A stretch of DNA of 64,000 nucleotides from Lophium mytilinum. Its lineage: Eukaryota. This document shows positions 11,821-24,464 of the stretch, one piece after another (within the stretch, counting starts at the first letter, position 1; each line of letters starts with the position of its first letter). The notes beneath the pieces are model-generated. The model worked only from the letters and a program-made list of their open reading frames with translations, was not told the origin of the DNA and searched no databases. A program made the position numbers and the translations under genes. The stretch is taken from contig MU004199.1 in assembly GCA_010093605.1 (NCBI GenBank), forward strand, positions 248,001-312,000. Direction: 5' to 3'.

Positions 11821-12539
11821 GAGTAGTCAGCAACAAGTCGGCTCGGGGGGAGTCATTGGGCCGTGCGGAAAACCCTGGTATTCACTATTCCGCGTCTCAC
11901 GTGCTGCAGCGAAAATAATGCCACAATGACGGACTTACCTAGTAGAAATGGACTGCAAGATAGTAAGCAAGAGGTCCATTCAAGTGTTTTGATGAACACA
12001 GATGGTGCAGAGGCGGATTGGTGGTGCTGCGGCGAGAAAGGGAGCGTACGAGTTGTGCACGGGGCTGCCCCCGAACCACCAGCTACCCCGGCTGTCTCGC
12101 TAGCTGCTAGGGCCTGCGGCATGCAATACTGCTCAATTATATTTCCTAGAGCTCTTCTAACAGAGCGTTGCGGGCTTCGAGTTGCTTTGGGCGTCGCGGG
12201 CTCGGGGGTGGTGCGGAGAAAGTTGAGGGAAGAGCAGAAAATGACATTCACGCTCGCCTAACTTGGGCCGAGCGCCCCATCGCACCAGCCACTCCGCAGC
12301 AGTGGCTTGGCAGTTGCGGCGAATCAGGACTTAAGATGGAACAGAACGCTGATTGGACGATTGCAACGACGCTTTTGAACCATCAGGAAACGAACTGGGG
12401 GCACAACAAACAGCGCAACACTGCAGTAATGCACCTGAGAACCGAGCTAGATGTGAGTATAACTGCTTTCTTCCCGTACTATAAGCTTGTGAATATTCGC
12501 TGGTCTGATTGTTGCTCTACTTTGCAGGTCTCAACCTAA

Positions 12540-13880
12540 AGTCACGTTACACGGCGACAGACATACCATTACTTGAGCGTCACATCGGACGCTAAATGCC
12601 GCCGCCAGGAGCGCCCCGGCTAGGAGATAGCCGGAAATCCAAAGAGATGTCTATTATCCAGTGCATAAACCTTGATTATGCTTTAGAGCAGCGACGATGC
12701 GAGCTGATTAGAGACTAGCCCTGCTATAGTGCCATTCTGAGCGCTATATGACGCCGTCAGGAGCCCTCCATCTCCACAGCAGCCAGCAAGCCAAATACAT
12801 GTCTAACATCTGATGCGTGAGCCTTTGTTATGCTTTGGGGTAGCAATAAGGTGAGCCATTTAGGGACTAGCACTGCGCAAGTGCCATATTAGACGCCATA
12901 CGGCGCCGTCAAGAGCACCCCAGCTAGGAAATAGCCGGACAGCCAGAGGTATGTCTATTATCTAGTGCGAAAACCTTGATATGCGTTGGAGCAGGGACAA
13001 GGTGACCTATTTTGAGGCTAGCACTGCACAAGTGCCATTTTGCACGCTGTATGGCATCGTCAAGAGTCCTCCAGCCAGACAGTAGCCGGTCCGCCAAAGA
13101 CGGGTCTACTACTTACTGCGTAGTTTTTGACATTCCTTAAAGGACCGACAGGGGGAGCTATTCGGAAACTAGCCCTAGGCAAATGCTATTTTGGAAGCCA
13201 GACACCGCTTTCAGAGGAGACGTGGCTGACAGTTGGTCGACCTTCCAAGCGGTAGCCCAATTCCTACTCTGAGAGCTTTGGCATCGTCTTAGAGTATCAA
13301 AAAGGTGGGCAATTTGGATACTAGCTCTATGCAAGTGCTACTCTAGCAGCTAGACACCACTGTCAAGAGCAGCTCCGTTCTCAATTAGTCGGCCAGCCAA
13401 GCGGTAGTCTAATATAAATTGCGTAAAAGCTTCCTTTTCGTCAGGTACATTATAAGCCAGCGACGCGGAAACATGGCTACCTACGTTCCGCTTTGAAAGC
13501 TGGACGCCACTATCAAAAGTAGCTCCGTTGTTAGGTGCTAGCCAGCTAAAAGGTAGCCTAATTCCAACCCTGCAGACCTCCGAGTTGCGGTGGAGTACAT
13601 AACAGGTTGACTATGCGAAAATGTGACCAAGGATCATGCTAATTTGGAAGCTAGACACCATTGTCAAGTGCGGCCCCGGCATCAGGTGACCAGCATGTAA
13701 TTGGGTAGTCTAATTTCTACCGAGTGGACATCTACACTGCAGTGGAGTATACAACAACCTAACAACGCCAAATTACGACTCTGTATATGATATCTTAGAA
13801 GCTGGACGCCACTGTCAGGAGTGGCGCCGCTGTCAGGTGACCAGCCAGCCAGAAGGTAGCTTAATCTCCATCGCGAACCA
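12540..13880. repeat. Degenerate tandem array, 150-152 bp period, ~9 units; same family as 6770-7450 in the opposite orientation
   Basis: GTCARGAG-like anchor at ~12606, 12758, 12910, 13061, 13212, 13364, 13514, 13665 and 13816. GCTGGACGCCACTGTCAGGAGT (13801) is a near reverse complement of GACTCCTCACAGTGGCGTCAAGC (7267). Confidence 0.9.
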
Positions 13881-15530
13881 TCATGAAGTCGCTACCACTA
13901 ACAATTACAACCTCAGCCCTCCAACACGGTTTCAACAACGCACCTAAAGACAGGAACCTCCAATTCAACCTCAATCAAATACATGACTGCGGGAACAAGG
14001 ACGATGCGATAGCATCTAGCGAACAACAATCAGGTTAGAGCGCGTAGGGCGGAGGATGGTCGGAGATTGCTGTCCGCAAGAGAATCCGTCAAATCTACGA
14101 GTCACGAACCTGACGCTCAGAGCCGGCACCAATTCCTACCTCGAAAGCCACTCCGACGACTCCTTCTACCACACCTGCGTCTCTATAACGGATACAAGAC
14201 AGCGAATTCGCGATGAGGGACGTGAGTTGGGACAGAGACATTGATAATCTTGGGCGATCTGGTAGCAAGGAGGATCACATCACCTACTTCGGGGCGGTAA
14301 TAATCAGGACCTTAGTCAAGCCCAACGAAGTCTTGAAAGAGCGTGTATTCGTTAAGGTACTCAGAAGATCGGCCACATAGAACTGAAATTGCCTGATTGA
14401 TGCTTTGGAAGCAGGATACCGCTTTTAGGAGGAGCCTGAACAGGGAGTTGCGGGCGAGCCAAACCATATCCGATTTCCAACTTTTCAGAGTACTCAAAAT
14501 GTGAGCTACAGGGAAGGCCTCGCTCTCTGAAGGCTCTTTAGACGCTGAATGTCACTGTCAAGAGCACCCCCGGGGCCAGGAAGCTGGCTAGCCAATCAGT
14601 AGTCTGAATCTTGCTGTGTCGTTCTAAACTTTGATCTTATATGTTTGGAGTCTCAGAGAGCACCGCAGACAGTGGCAAGATAGGGTCGAAATCACTAGAT
14701 ATGTCTGAGATCTTGACTCTGATAGAAAATGGCATCGTACGACCAAGTGTATTTCCTACCCATCTTGCAATGTGAGCCCAGCCGGGGGCTTCATGAGGGA
14801 ATTCAAAGTAGCAGCCTGAATCAAGCGTTGCGAATCATTACATTATAGGTAGATGAATTATAGTCCTAAGAAGTCTGCCAAACGGCGGCAGAACGTCATA
14901 AAACACCTGAAAATGTGGAGGCTCAAGTTTAAAGGCTGTATACCCTTACATTGCAAGCGTGCATGAGTACTCCCATGGGGGTGCCCCAAACAGTTGCGAC
15001 AGGTGTCTAAGATGCCTGTGAACACGGTTGTCTAATCTCGAGAGCGGTGCTCTTTACATACATGCTACAACCAGTAAAATCATGTAAGGGACCCCGAACA
15101 CCGCTACTGAAGGTGCAATATGGCGTTGGAAAAGATCAGATAGAGCAGGCATGGAACTGATTTATCACAACAAGCAACAATGATTCGCAAAACGTCCCTC
15201 GCCAAAAGAGGTAACACAGCAAGCAATGGCACAGAGAAGACCCGTATATGTATTGGAAACAAGGAGATGAAATTGAACTTCTTACGGACTAGGGCCAGGA
15301 GATGTGGCCGAAAGAGCACCAAAAAGACCGAAAGCCGCAGCAAAGACACACGATATCAAGGAGTAGCGGTGAGGGCTACGGCAGGCACGTGCCTGCTACC
15401 TTGTATATAGCCTCACCTTCCTCTAGACCTCTTCTCTCCTACATCATCAATCATCATTCATCCAATACATCACGTACACGGCCTACAGCTCCTTGTTTCG
15501 TGACACACGACATCCCCCCCAATCTCTCAT

Positions 15531-16133
15531 CTACTTGCCACCCTTCTTGCCCTTCTTTCCCTTCTTGCCCTTCTTCCCCTTCTTGCCTTCCTTGCCCTTC
15601 TTGCCCTTCTTCTTCTCTTCTTCTTCCTTGCCCTTCTTGCCCTTCTTCTTCTCTTCTTCTTCCTCTCCCTCTGCCTCCCCCTCCTTCGCCCCCTCCCCCT
15701 GCTCCTTCTCCTCCCTCCCTCTCCTCTCTTTCTCCTCTCTCTCCACCCTCTCCGCCACCGCCTTCTTCCCCTCCAACTCCTCGATCTTCGCCTTCACCTC
15801 CCTCTCCGTCTCCTCCTGCACCACCTTCTTATGTTCCTCCCTCCCCACAGCATGCTTCGCGAGCTTGGTATACACATCCACCATAACCTCGCTCCTCTTG
15901 CGATCCCGCTCGGCGCGCTCCTCCAAGGCCTTCGCCTCAGCCTGCTCCCTCAGAGCGCGCTGCTTCTCGACCGGCATTGCCAAGTACACCATCATCGGGA
16001 TCTGGTTCAAGATCGGCAGGTCCTCGTAGGCGCGTGGGGGGCCGTCTTCACCACGCTCGCGGCGTTCTCTCTCCCACTTCATCCGCAACTCTTCTGCAGT
16101 AGGGATGCGACCGATGGGCTGGACTCCGCTCAT
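15531..16133 (-). CDS. Orphan charged coiled-coil protein (200 aa) with a C-terminal (KKG)n tail
   Basis: ATG at 16133 in GCCATCATG context. E/K/R-rich helix ending EEEEKKKGKKGKEGKKGKKGKKGKKGKKGGK; the 9-bp repeat is in frame. Confidence 0.65.
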   Translation of the reverse strand: MSGVQPIGRIPTAEELRMKWERERRERGEDGPPRAYEDLPILNQIPMMVYLAMPVEKQRALREQAEAKALEERAERDRKRSEVMVDVYTKLAKHAVGREEHKKVVQEETEREVKAKIEELEGKKAVAERVEREEKERRGREEKEQGEGAKEGEAEGEEEEEKKKGKKGKEEEEKKKGKKGKEGKKGKKGKKGKKGKKGGK

Positions 16134-18699
16134 GATGGCGGTGGAGGCTGGGGGCTGGGGGTTTGGGGGGGTATGGTGGTGTGGTGGTGTGGTGGTGGTG
16201 TAGAGGGCGCAGAGACGGCGGCAGTGGCGGCGCGGACGCGGGTGACGGTGGGCGGGTCTGAGGGAAACGGCTGTCGCTGAGGAGAGATGTTGTATGTTTC
16301 TTTGGACGCTTTCGTGATGATGGCGAGCTGTTCTAGCTGCAGAAGTTGTGGCGCGTCTGTGAGCTTTGTTGCTGCAGAAGGAAAAAAGGGCGTGCGAGGG
16401 CGAGCTTTTGTAGTCCACTAGCGAGACTTCGGCAATTTAGCAGGGTGAAGTTGAGTAGAATGGGTGCCAGTTGCTCAGAGAATGTCAGCTCTTCCTATTG
16501 GGTCAAGCTACACCTTCACTATATGTGGAACTCGGAAGGGAGACGGAGAGTCTGCTTCTGTGGATTCTAGCTGATTATGGCGGACACTGACGAAGAGGCA
16601 CGAGGCTTTGTGGGCGTTGTTCGGTAGCTTTCAGTCAATTCTGTGATTCCTTGAAGTATGCTTATAAACCATATTGCTAGTGCAGTACCATACTATTAGT
16701 CTAGACACACGTATTCATCACTGCTGGACTCCATTCTTGCTCTCTTGACACCACTGAGAGGAGCGGCCCAGATAATTGAAAGCCAGTGAGCTGAGGAGCA
16801 GTCCGGTTTACCCTGTTTGGAACTGGACTTCATGACTATGCTTTTGAAACTCGTGGGAGAGCCCTAAGCAGTGGCAAACGGGTGTGCACTGCTATTCACA
16901 AATCGCTCTCTGATTCGCGAAAGCAGCAACACGATCACGGTTTTCTTGATTCCGCGTGATCTTGGGTATGTTTTGAGGACGTGGAAAGTGATCTGGAGTA
17001 CCCCTAGTCATTCTATGCTGTTTTGCTAGCAGGGCCTGCGCGAATCTTACTTTTCTAGTAGTACTCAAGTCAGCAGTGTTTACTGTGTCTAGAACACCGC
17101 CAAATTCAAACTCTCGTCCCCAGTTCGAGATCTGCGCGCGTTCGTCCACGGTATTACTTGCAAGGGCTTTTCATGGATACAGTACGTCCGCTCCTGGCGG
17201 TGTCGGCATCATCTCAACAGACATCAGATAATGCCCTCATAGCGACGCCAGCATCCCGACCTAGCTTCATGTAATTAGCATTTTTCACGCTTTCTTAGGG
17301 GTGACAGCATGGTGCGCTCTCTATCCCGGCAATGCGCAAGAGCTTGCTGAGCGTATCTTCTCCTCGCCGACCTATTCTGTCCGCAAACTGTTCCACCAAA
17401 AGCTCTCATCACCACGCCAGCCTCACAACCAACACTCTTGAACATGGCACTCTCCATCTCTCATCGCAAGGTCGAGAATCTGGCCCTCTTTAGTCGCGTA
17501 TGCCAGCCTCCTTCGTCTGCCAATCTGCTCCCGCCGACATCATCACCTCCGGATTACGGGCCAGCAAACACTCTCACGCGCGGGCCAGCCTCAAACCCTA
17601 CCTATCCGCATACAAAATACAATCTACGGCTTTCCGGAAGCCTCAGAGCTGCGCAGTCTGCAGCTCCGTGGCGCGACATTTCTCGATATTAAGACCCCTC
17701 CTGATGCTCCGAGAAGCGAGAATGACTAAGGAAATGCCGCATATGGCGGACACATAGAGAAGCTAATGCGGCGATCTAGAATGAATCCGGCGGATGTTGA
17801 GTCTAACGATACTGCGCTTGAGCCTGGCGCGGCCATAAAAGTCTATATTGCGCCTCGTTGTGGGGAAGGCGTTAAACCCTTCCTTCTTGAATGCGAGCCG
17901 CCATCGTTCCATGACCGCGCAGGGGAAGCCAGGCTCAGTAACTACTAGTATCAGTCCTACGCCTTTGGCTCAATTGCTTGCGGCGTTCTCAGTGCGAGAC
18001 ATCTAGCCGGAAATCCCGCTCCTCGCAGTGCCAGCCCCTTCTTGACCGCCAGCGCTTCACGATAGCACCAGCATCTCAACCAGCCTCTTCGAAGCCCTGA
18101 TACACCAGCGTCTCTCACGGACTATAAAATTAAACTTCTTCAAAATACATATATGCGCGACCCCTTGCTAAGAAGTTCCATTCCTCGTCGCAAAAGACTC
18201 TTGCTGCGAGCAGATCGCGATCTTCTTCATGCGCGCGCCTGCATCATCGCAAACCTACAAAGACTCCGCATCTACCAGATCAGTTTCTTCATCCCATGAA
18301 TACCGGCTTTCCGTCATTCATCCCGCGCATCTCTCGCTGACTCCTTCTACCTTTTAGAGGATCATCCTTTCCGCAGCAGCCGCTGCGACACCCCCGATTC
18401 CACGCCCCTCGTCTCCGCAAACCATCAAAAGACACAAGCAAGTCGAATCCATAATCGCACACCAAGGATATGACCTCTGCTTCGTAAGCTTTATCCTCCT
18501 TCCACCACCGCTTCGGCCTTTCCAGATCCATAAGATTTAACCAAGCTTTAACTAGAATCCTTCGGTAAAAACGACCGTTAGTTATATGCGCCACCAACAG
18601 CGTCCTATTCGAAATTTTGCTCGAGCGAGCCTACCTCTTACAAGCTCCGAGACGACGGCATACTATCGCGCACCTCTACCTTGCCGCCAATCCCTATAT

Positions 18700-19240
18700 T
18701 ACAGTAAATGTCCCGCGAGTTTTGTTTAAGACTATATAATTAGCAGACAGTAAAGCAGTATATAATAGAGCCTACTAGAGCATTGTAGTTAAAGATAGAA
18801 TTACTACTAGGCTTTATTTATATATTCTATATCTACCTAGTAAGTAAGTGCTAGAATTTCTTTAGCATCTATACTAATATCTATACATCTAAGTTAAGTT
18901 TTAGAGTTAAAAGAATACTAGAAAGATTTAGAGTTGCTTCTTCCTCCTCTAACTAGCTACTCTTGCCTACCCGCTCTGTACTCTACTCTATCCGCTATCT
19001 CCTTCCTTAAGCGCCTAAAGGTATACTACCTTTAGCTAAGCTAATAATTAGTAGAGCTATACCCAATTTTTATATACTATATATCTTACCTTCCTTTTTT
19101 ACTCCACGTCTTTTCTTACTTACCCTAGTAGGTATCATTATAGCTAATAATTCTTCTAGGTCTTACAACTATCCTACCCTTCTAAGAAGAAAGTAGGTGG
19201 TACTGCTTATACCTAGGTATAATTTCTCCTATTGCTTATA
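18700..19240. pseudogene. Heavily RIP-mutated AT-rich relic (origin not identifiable)
   Basis: Abrupt AT rise with strong TpA excess and CpA/TpG depletion (TATATAATTAG, CTACTAG, TAGCTAAGCTAATAATTAG) and many stops in all frames. Confidence 0.7.
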
Positions 19241-19479
19241 GTACAGAAATCACAGCTTTATCAGGTTGTTTCACCTCTTATCCCTGTCGGGCTCCCGGAG
19301 GAGGGAGGATGCTGTGCGAGTAGCTCACGTGTTGTGCGCCACTATTACAGCATTAGGTCCCGGTACTGTCTTTCTATTACCCATATAAGCTGTCCCCCGA
19401 TGGCGGCACCTTGTCACTAACACTATCAGTATCTGGACTTATAAACCCCCATCCCCTTCGGGCTCCGGGGGGTATGCCG

Positions 19480-21770
19480 TTTGAGGACCGTACCTGTCGT
19501 GCTCTACCCTCGCAGGACAAGGGGGCCATGGGCCACCCTGCATGTTTCAGGTGAGCTGATTCGGCAGTGTCTCTGCGCTGAAGCTTACCGTGCTTCTAGA
19601 CATTGTATTAGCCTACTTTTGCCTGCTTCGAGGCCGAGCGACGATAAATGTGTGTTTTGTGAGACTGGTACGTTTCGATATAGCAATGAAATGATGCACA
19701 TCCTTCAACGAGAGCTGAAAGACCGTAAACAAGTATTTCAAGAAAAGAAACGAAAGAGATTTGATACAGATTGGAGGGAAGTCTCCAAGCTGTAGAAAAG
19801 CTCGCGGGACGTCGAATCCATCATTACCCTGGCAAGGAAACAAGCCAAGTAGGCTGATGAAGTGGTGGCCAAGCCAAGTCTTCGGACGATGGGAATGAAG
19901 TTTGGAAGCTGGTGAGAAAGACTTCTCAATCTTGACTAAAGACGGTTGGCACATTCCGCAACTTCGCTGACTTGACTTCAGGAAAAAGAGGGAATTGAGT
20001 GGCAACCTTTGGCCCTAAAGGGATGAGGCGAAATATGTCTTGAAAGAATTCGCACGAGAAGGAGCCGACCAAAGCTCGGAGCATTGAACAATTCGCTTAC
20101 AGAAGAGCGAGGCTAACGAGACGATGAAGTAGGGACAGAGCCGAAATACTAAAGCCGGAGACCGAAGCTAGAAAGAAATAGGTGAGCAAGACTGAAGAGG
20201 TCTCGAAGGAGAGTGCCTAGAGCAGAGTAACAAAACGAACATTGAAGCATAGCTCAGGTATATTCACCAGGGTATATGAGATGGGAAGCACCCATTGACA
20301 CAGCTCATCACTACTCGATCTGTGAATAACGACTCGTAAGCGGCAGGATAGTATGAACACGAACTTGATACGAGTTTAGACGAGAGATTTGAGGGACTGA
20401 TACACACGAAAACATTGAAAGAGCACCAAAGAGCTGAAAACCAGGCTGAGAGAAGAGAAACCGAGATCAAAGCGATTGACGCTGACGAGAAAGACAGGTT
20501 TTCATTCGGGAAACCAATCCAATTGAAGCAAGAGCAAATCTCACCCTTGAGACAATAGAAAGAGCTGGTCATGGATCAGAAAGAGAATGCGGGAGCACGG
20601 CTCCTGGGAACTGATCGTGGACTTGATGCAAGATGTAATGCAACAGAGAGGAACCACACTCCGCCCAGGGTATAGCGTAATCTTTCAGGATTGACGAAAA
20701 TTGATCGTGCATACTGACGAACGATCCAAAACATACAAGCCATAGGCACATGACCATTGAGGAAATTTGGAAGAACTTTTAGGAGGGGACATCGGCGACC
20801 ACCCCCCCGAGAAACCCCGGGTAAGATACGGAGAGCGAAAGAACGAAGAGTATGGAAGACCCGAGTTAAAGCCGAACATTTGAACTCGAAAAGAGCGGCA
20901 AAAGATTAAGCACAAGAAGCCCTCGGGAACGAGACGAACGAACGAGTCGCCGAAGCCTGAAAGCATGACTGCTCCGAGAAGACTATCATAAGAAACTACT
21001 CTGCAAAGTAAGAGCTTGGAGGAGAGACCACGTGGACAACTTGAACAACTAGAAATGCTTGAGCACCTTCGAAGAATTGAGCATCGTGAAAACCTGGACG
21101 CCGAAACTTGAACGACTTGAAGATTTGCAGAATCGAGATACTTTGAGAGACTTGGACAAGAAGGACTCGAGCATCGTGGGGATACTGGGACATGGTGGAA
21201 GGCTTCAACAGCTTGTAAACCTTGAAAGACTTGAATGGCCTATAGACTTGGAGGACCTGAACGATTTGAAAAAATTGAATATGGAAAATACGCGAACACA
21301 AAATCCAGAGGACGGCATTGGAAGCCCTCACTTGAACGCCCCACCGGACGGTTGGGTATCCTACTTTGAGACGGACGGTTCCCTGTCTTGGGACATCACC
21401 CTCGGGAACTCGAGAAAATTTCGCCTAGAGCACAAATAGGGAGGGTAACTGAGCTTGAGACAGCATCCCCGAGATCTTTCAGAAAGAGCTGCAAAAAAGG
21501 CTATAGGGTTAGGGGAACCCTTGACAGCTTGAATGAGGACCCAGGCCCGTGTTTGAGAACACAGGTCCGAAAATGATAGACAATTCCATCGACGCATACC
21601 ATAGGCCACCAAGGTCCGCCATTTCAGGCCGGTGTTTCCGCCGGTGTTTCCACCGGTCCGCTGGCGACTGCGCATCACGCGCATACCCTCGAGCCCCTCA
21701 ACTGCTGAATAAGCTCAGGACCGTCTCGAGCGACGACAAGAAGACCGAGAACTCTGGAAAGTAAACTGGG
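19480..21770 (+). pseudogene. Degenerate charged/coiled-coil-like coding relic
   Basis: Purine-rich plus strand with fragmented E/K/R/L-rich frames (QRELKDRKQVFQEKKRKR; LERLEDLQNRDTLRDLD; LEDLNDLKKL) broken by many stops and frameshifts. Confidence 0.35.
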
Positions 21771-22689
21771 GCCGATGTACGGCTGTTATGTCGTCATCCA
21801 GCTGGATGGTATGTGTCACAATATGCCACCATGGGGTTCAGGAGCCCGATGTGTTGAGGTCCCTTCCAGGCAATTGGCAGAGTCCATTCCGAAGGTGTCT
21901 CGCCTACGATAAAACAGGTCCGCTGTATTGATACTAGGATATGGCGACGTTGCCTCGAGGCGTTCCTATGGCCTGGTCTACTCGATGGAAACTGGGCGGA
22001 CTGAGATCGGCATCACCGAGGCGACGCCCTCTCGGCGAGTTGACGAACGAGCCAGAGCTTAAGACGCTGTTGAAGGACCCTGTTAGCATATTGAGCCTCC
22101 CAAATCAGTGGAGCCCTTCTTTCCTTGAGCCTCGGACGTGACGGGCTCGACTGTAACGATGGGGTGTGGGGACAGGTTGCGGCGATGTGAAGCCCTGAAG
22201 AGGAGGGTCTTACCTAACAGAAGACATACCCTTTCATGGAAACCGAAGCACAGCTTTCGGCTCTACCGTGTCCCGGGCTTAGAAGGCCGGAGCCAAAGGA
22301 CGTGGTGTTGAGGATGGGCGAGACGTTATGAGAGAAGCGACACGCCCCCGAGGGCAGAGTCAGTTACCTAGTCGGAGAGAAGAGCCCGGAGCAAGGAAGC
22401 TCGAGTCGACGAAGCAAAGGGCAGGAAGAGGAAGCTCTCACTGGCTCTCACGATGGTCTCATGGCTAAGGTGTTGAGCTGTGCCTTGCCTGCCTCCACGC
22501 GGCAGCAGCTGCCTCGTTCGAGTCAAGGTCCAGGGGCATCGCTGGCCTCATCTCATGAGCCAAGCAAGTACACGAGGAGACGAGGACGGCGAAGACGGGG
22601 TTCATCAGTGGTGTGGGTGCCGGTGGAGATTGGAGTGAAAGAAGACGGTCGGTAGAGAAGAGGAGACAGAAGATGTTGCGGGCGGTTGG

Positions 22690-23275
22690 CGAGACGACTC
22701 GGATGAGGGCGGCGTTTGAAGGCCGGAGCGGCTCAGCGCCACGTTTGAGGGTTAGAGCGCTTCACCAAGGGAGTCATAGTCATACACAGCTGCCTCGTTG
22801 CTCGTATGGATGAGAACCATGATGAGGGAGTCAGAGGCGTGGACGGAGGCCAGAGGCGGAGGGCGGACAGGAAGGAGGAGGGCAAGGACTCGGGTTTTTT
22901 GAAGGGCCGGAGTGGCTCAACACCACGATCGAGGCCTACATCACTTCACTAAGAGGGTCACGAGCATACACAGCTGCCTCAATGATCGCACATCTGGAGA
23001 AACATGATGAGGGAGTCAGGGGCATGGACAGAAGGCATATGGGATGGAGGAGGGCAAGGACTCGGGCAGTTTCGAAGGTCGGAGTGGCTCAACACCACGG
23101 CCGAGGGTCTGTGGGCTAGGTCAGTTCACTAAGCAGGCGATGGTGATGCACAGCTACCACATCGCTCGAACATCTAGAGAGGCATGTCGAGGAAGTCAGG
23201 GGCGTGCATGGACGCCAGAGGATGGCAAGGACCCGGGCGACAAAGCGGCGGAAAGCTCAACACCACACTCAACAT
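22690..23275. repeat. Tandem repeat, ~172-184 bp period, ~3.5 units
   Basis: GGYCGGAGYGGCTCARCRCCAC at 22721, 22905, 23077 and degenerate at ~23250. CATACACAGCTGCCTC and ATGATGAGGGAGTCAG are also repeated. Confidence 0.85.
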
Positions 23276-24464
23276 CACCAGATTTGGACAGTCACAGTAC
23301 AGACAAGCCTCCTGGCCGAGCCCCGTAGATGACGGCTCCATACCGCCGCCTCAGAAGACACAAGATACCCCCGCCTCCGGCATCCCCAGCCGGACGACCG
23401 AGACCACCGCCGCCACGAAAAGACAGCGTCACGATAGAAGGAGAATACAAAGCTATGTTCACTCGCGGCCGCTCTACTCCTATCAACAATCCCCCTGGCT
23501 TCATCATCTTCGCCGCCACGACGCAGAACCCCAACAACACCAGCCAACCGAGTCCCCTCAATCCCAGCACAAACCTTCAGAACACAATTACGGAACTCAA
23601 GAAGAGAAGAGACACCCCGTGCTCTATAGCAAGACCCAATCCCCATCCTACAGACCTCATACCTCTCAACATTGAAACAAAACAGTACTCATAAATTCAC
23701 TCCTCTATCCCTCGCAATGCCCGAGCCCCGAGACACCGACTACGTTAGAAGCGAGGCACATACACCCGACCATTGCATACACAGCTCCTGACATTTCACG
23801 CACGACAGCAGGAGGTCATTTCACTAGGAACAAAGCGTGGGGGTGTTCAGCCGAGATCTCATGTGGAGAATGGCGATTGGGCGAAGGCATGGAATGCGGA
23901 GTGTACTAGGGGGCATAACAGAGAATGTGATCCTATTTACGACGGCAGTAATGTGGAGGTTATAATGTGGCTTTCGAGGGTCGAGGGAAATCTTCTGTAT
24001 ATAACATACTTAGGACACTGGAAGGAACGAATCTAGCACGATGAGATAAATATGTTGTCTTACAAGGTCGCCGCAGCAGTGCAATGGATTTAAAGATTCA
24101 CGCACGAGTTTCTGCATACAAGCCGCCCGATCTTCGTTTTCACATCAGATCCCTTCTCATTCACATCAGCATCACGTGCCCAGTCAAACCCATTATGCGC
24201 AGGAGACCCCAATGAACGAATGCTATGCTATCCACCACGGGACCAAAACCCAACCACAGCAACCGGGAAAGCTAATGAGCCGACTAGAAACACTGAAGAC
24301 ATGAACCGCTCCCCACCGCATACCTACAAGCCTCCTCCCTCTAAGCACGGAGGAGATCGACACCGCTCTCCATTCACCTCTCAACACACCCCTTTTAATC
24401 TCACACTCCACCAGGCTATACTACCACTACAACCGTCCAAATCTCCTCAAAAACCCAGTCCGCC

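Noticed and set aside
6770..13880. Arrays as CRISPR-like repeat-spacer loci
   Set aside because: The sequence between cores is homologous from unit to unit rather than unique, the cores are degenerate, the context is eukaryotic and no cas-like genes are present.
12540..13880. 152-bp unit as an ankyrin/TPR exon plus a short intron
   Set aside because: A GTATGT...CAG pair occurs in only one unit, the remainder is not a multiple of 3, and no repeat-protein motif appears in translation.
19240..19480. Possible LTR, CACTA or Helitron end (CACTA words, small GC hairpins)
   Set aside because: No partner terminus, TSD or second copy in the window.
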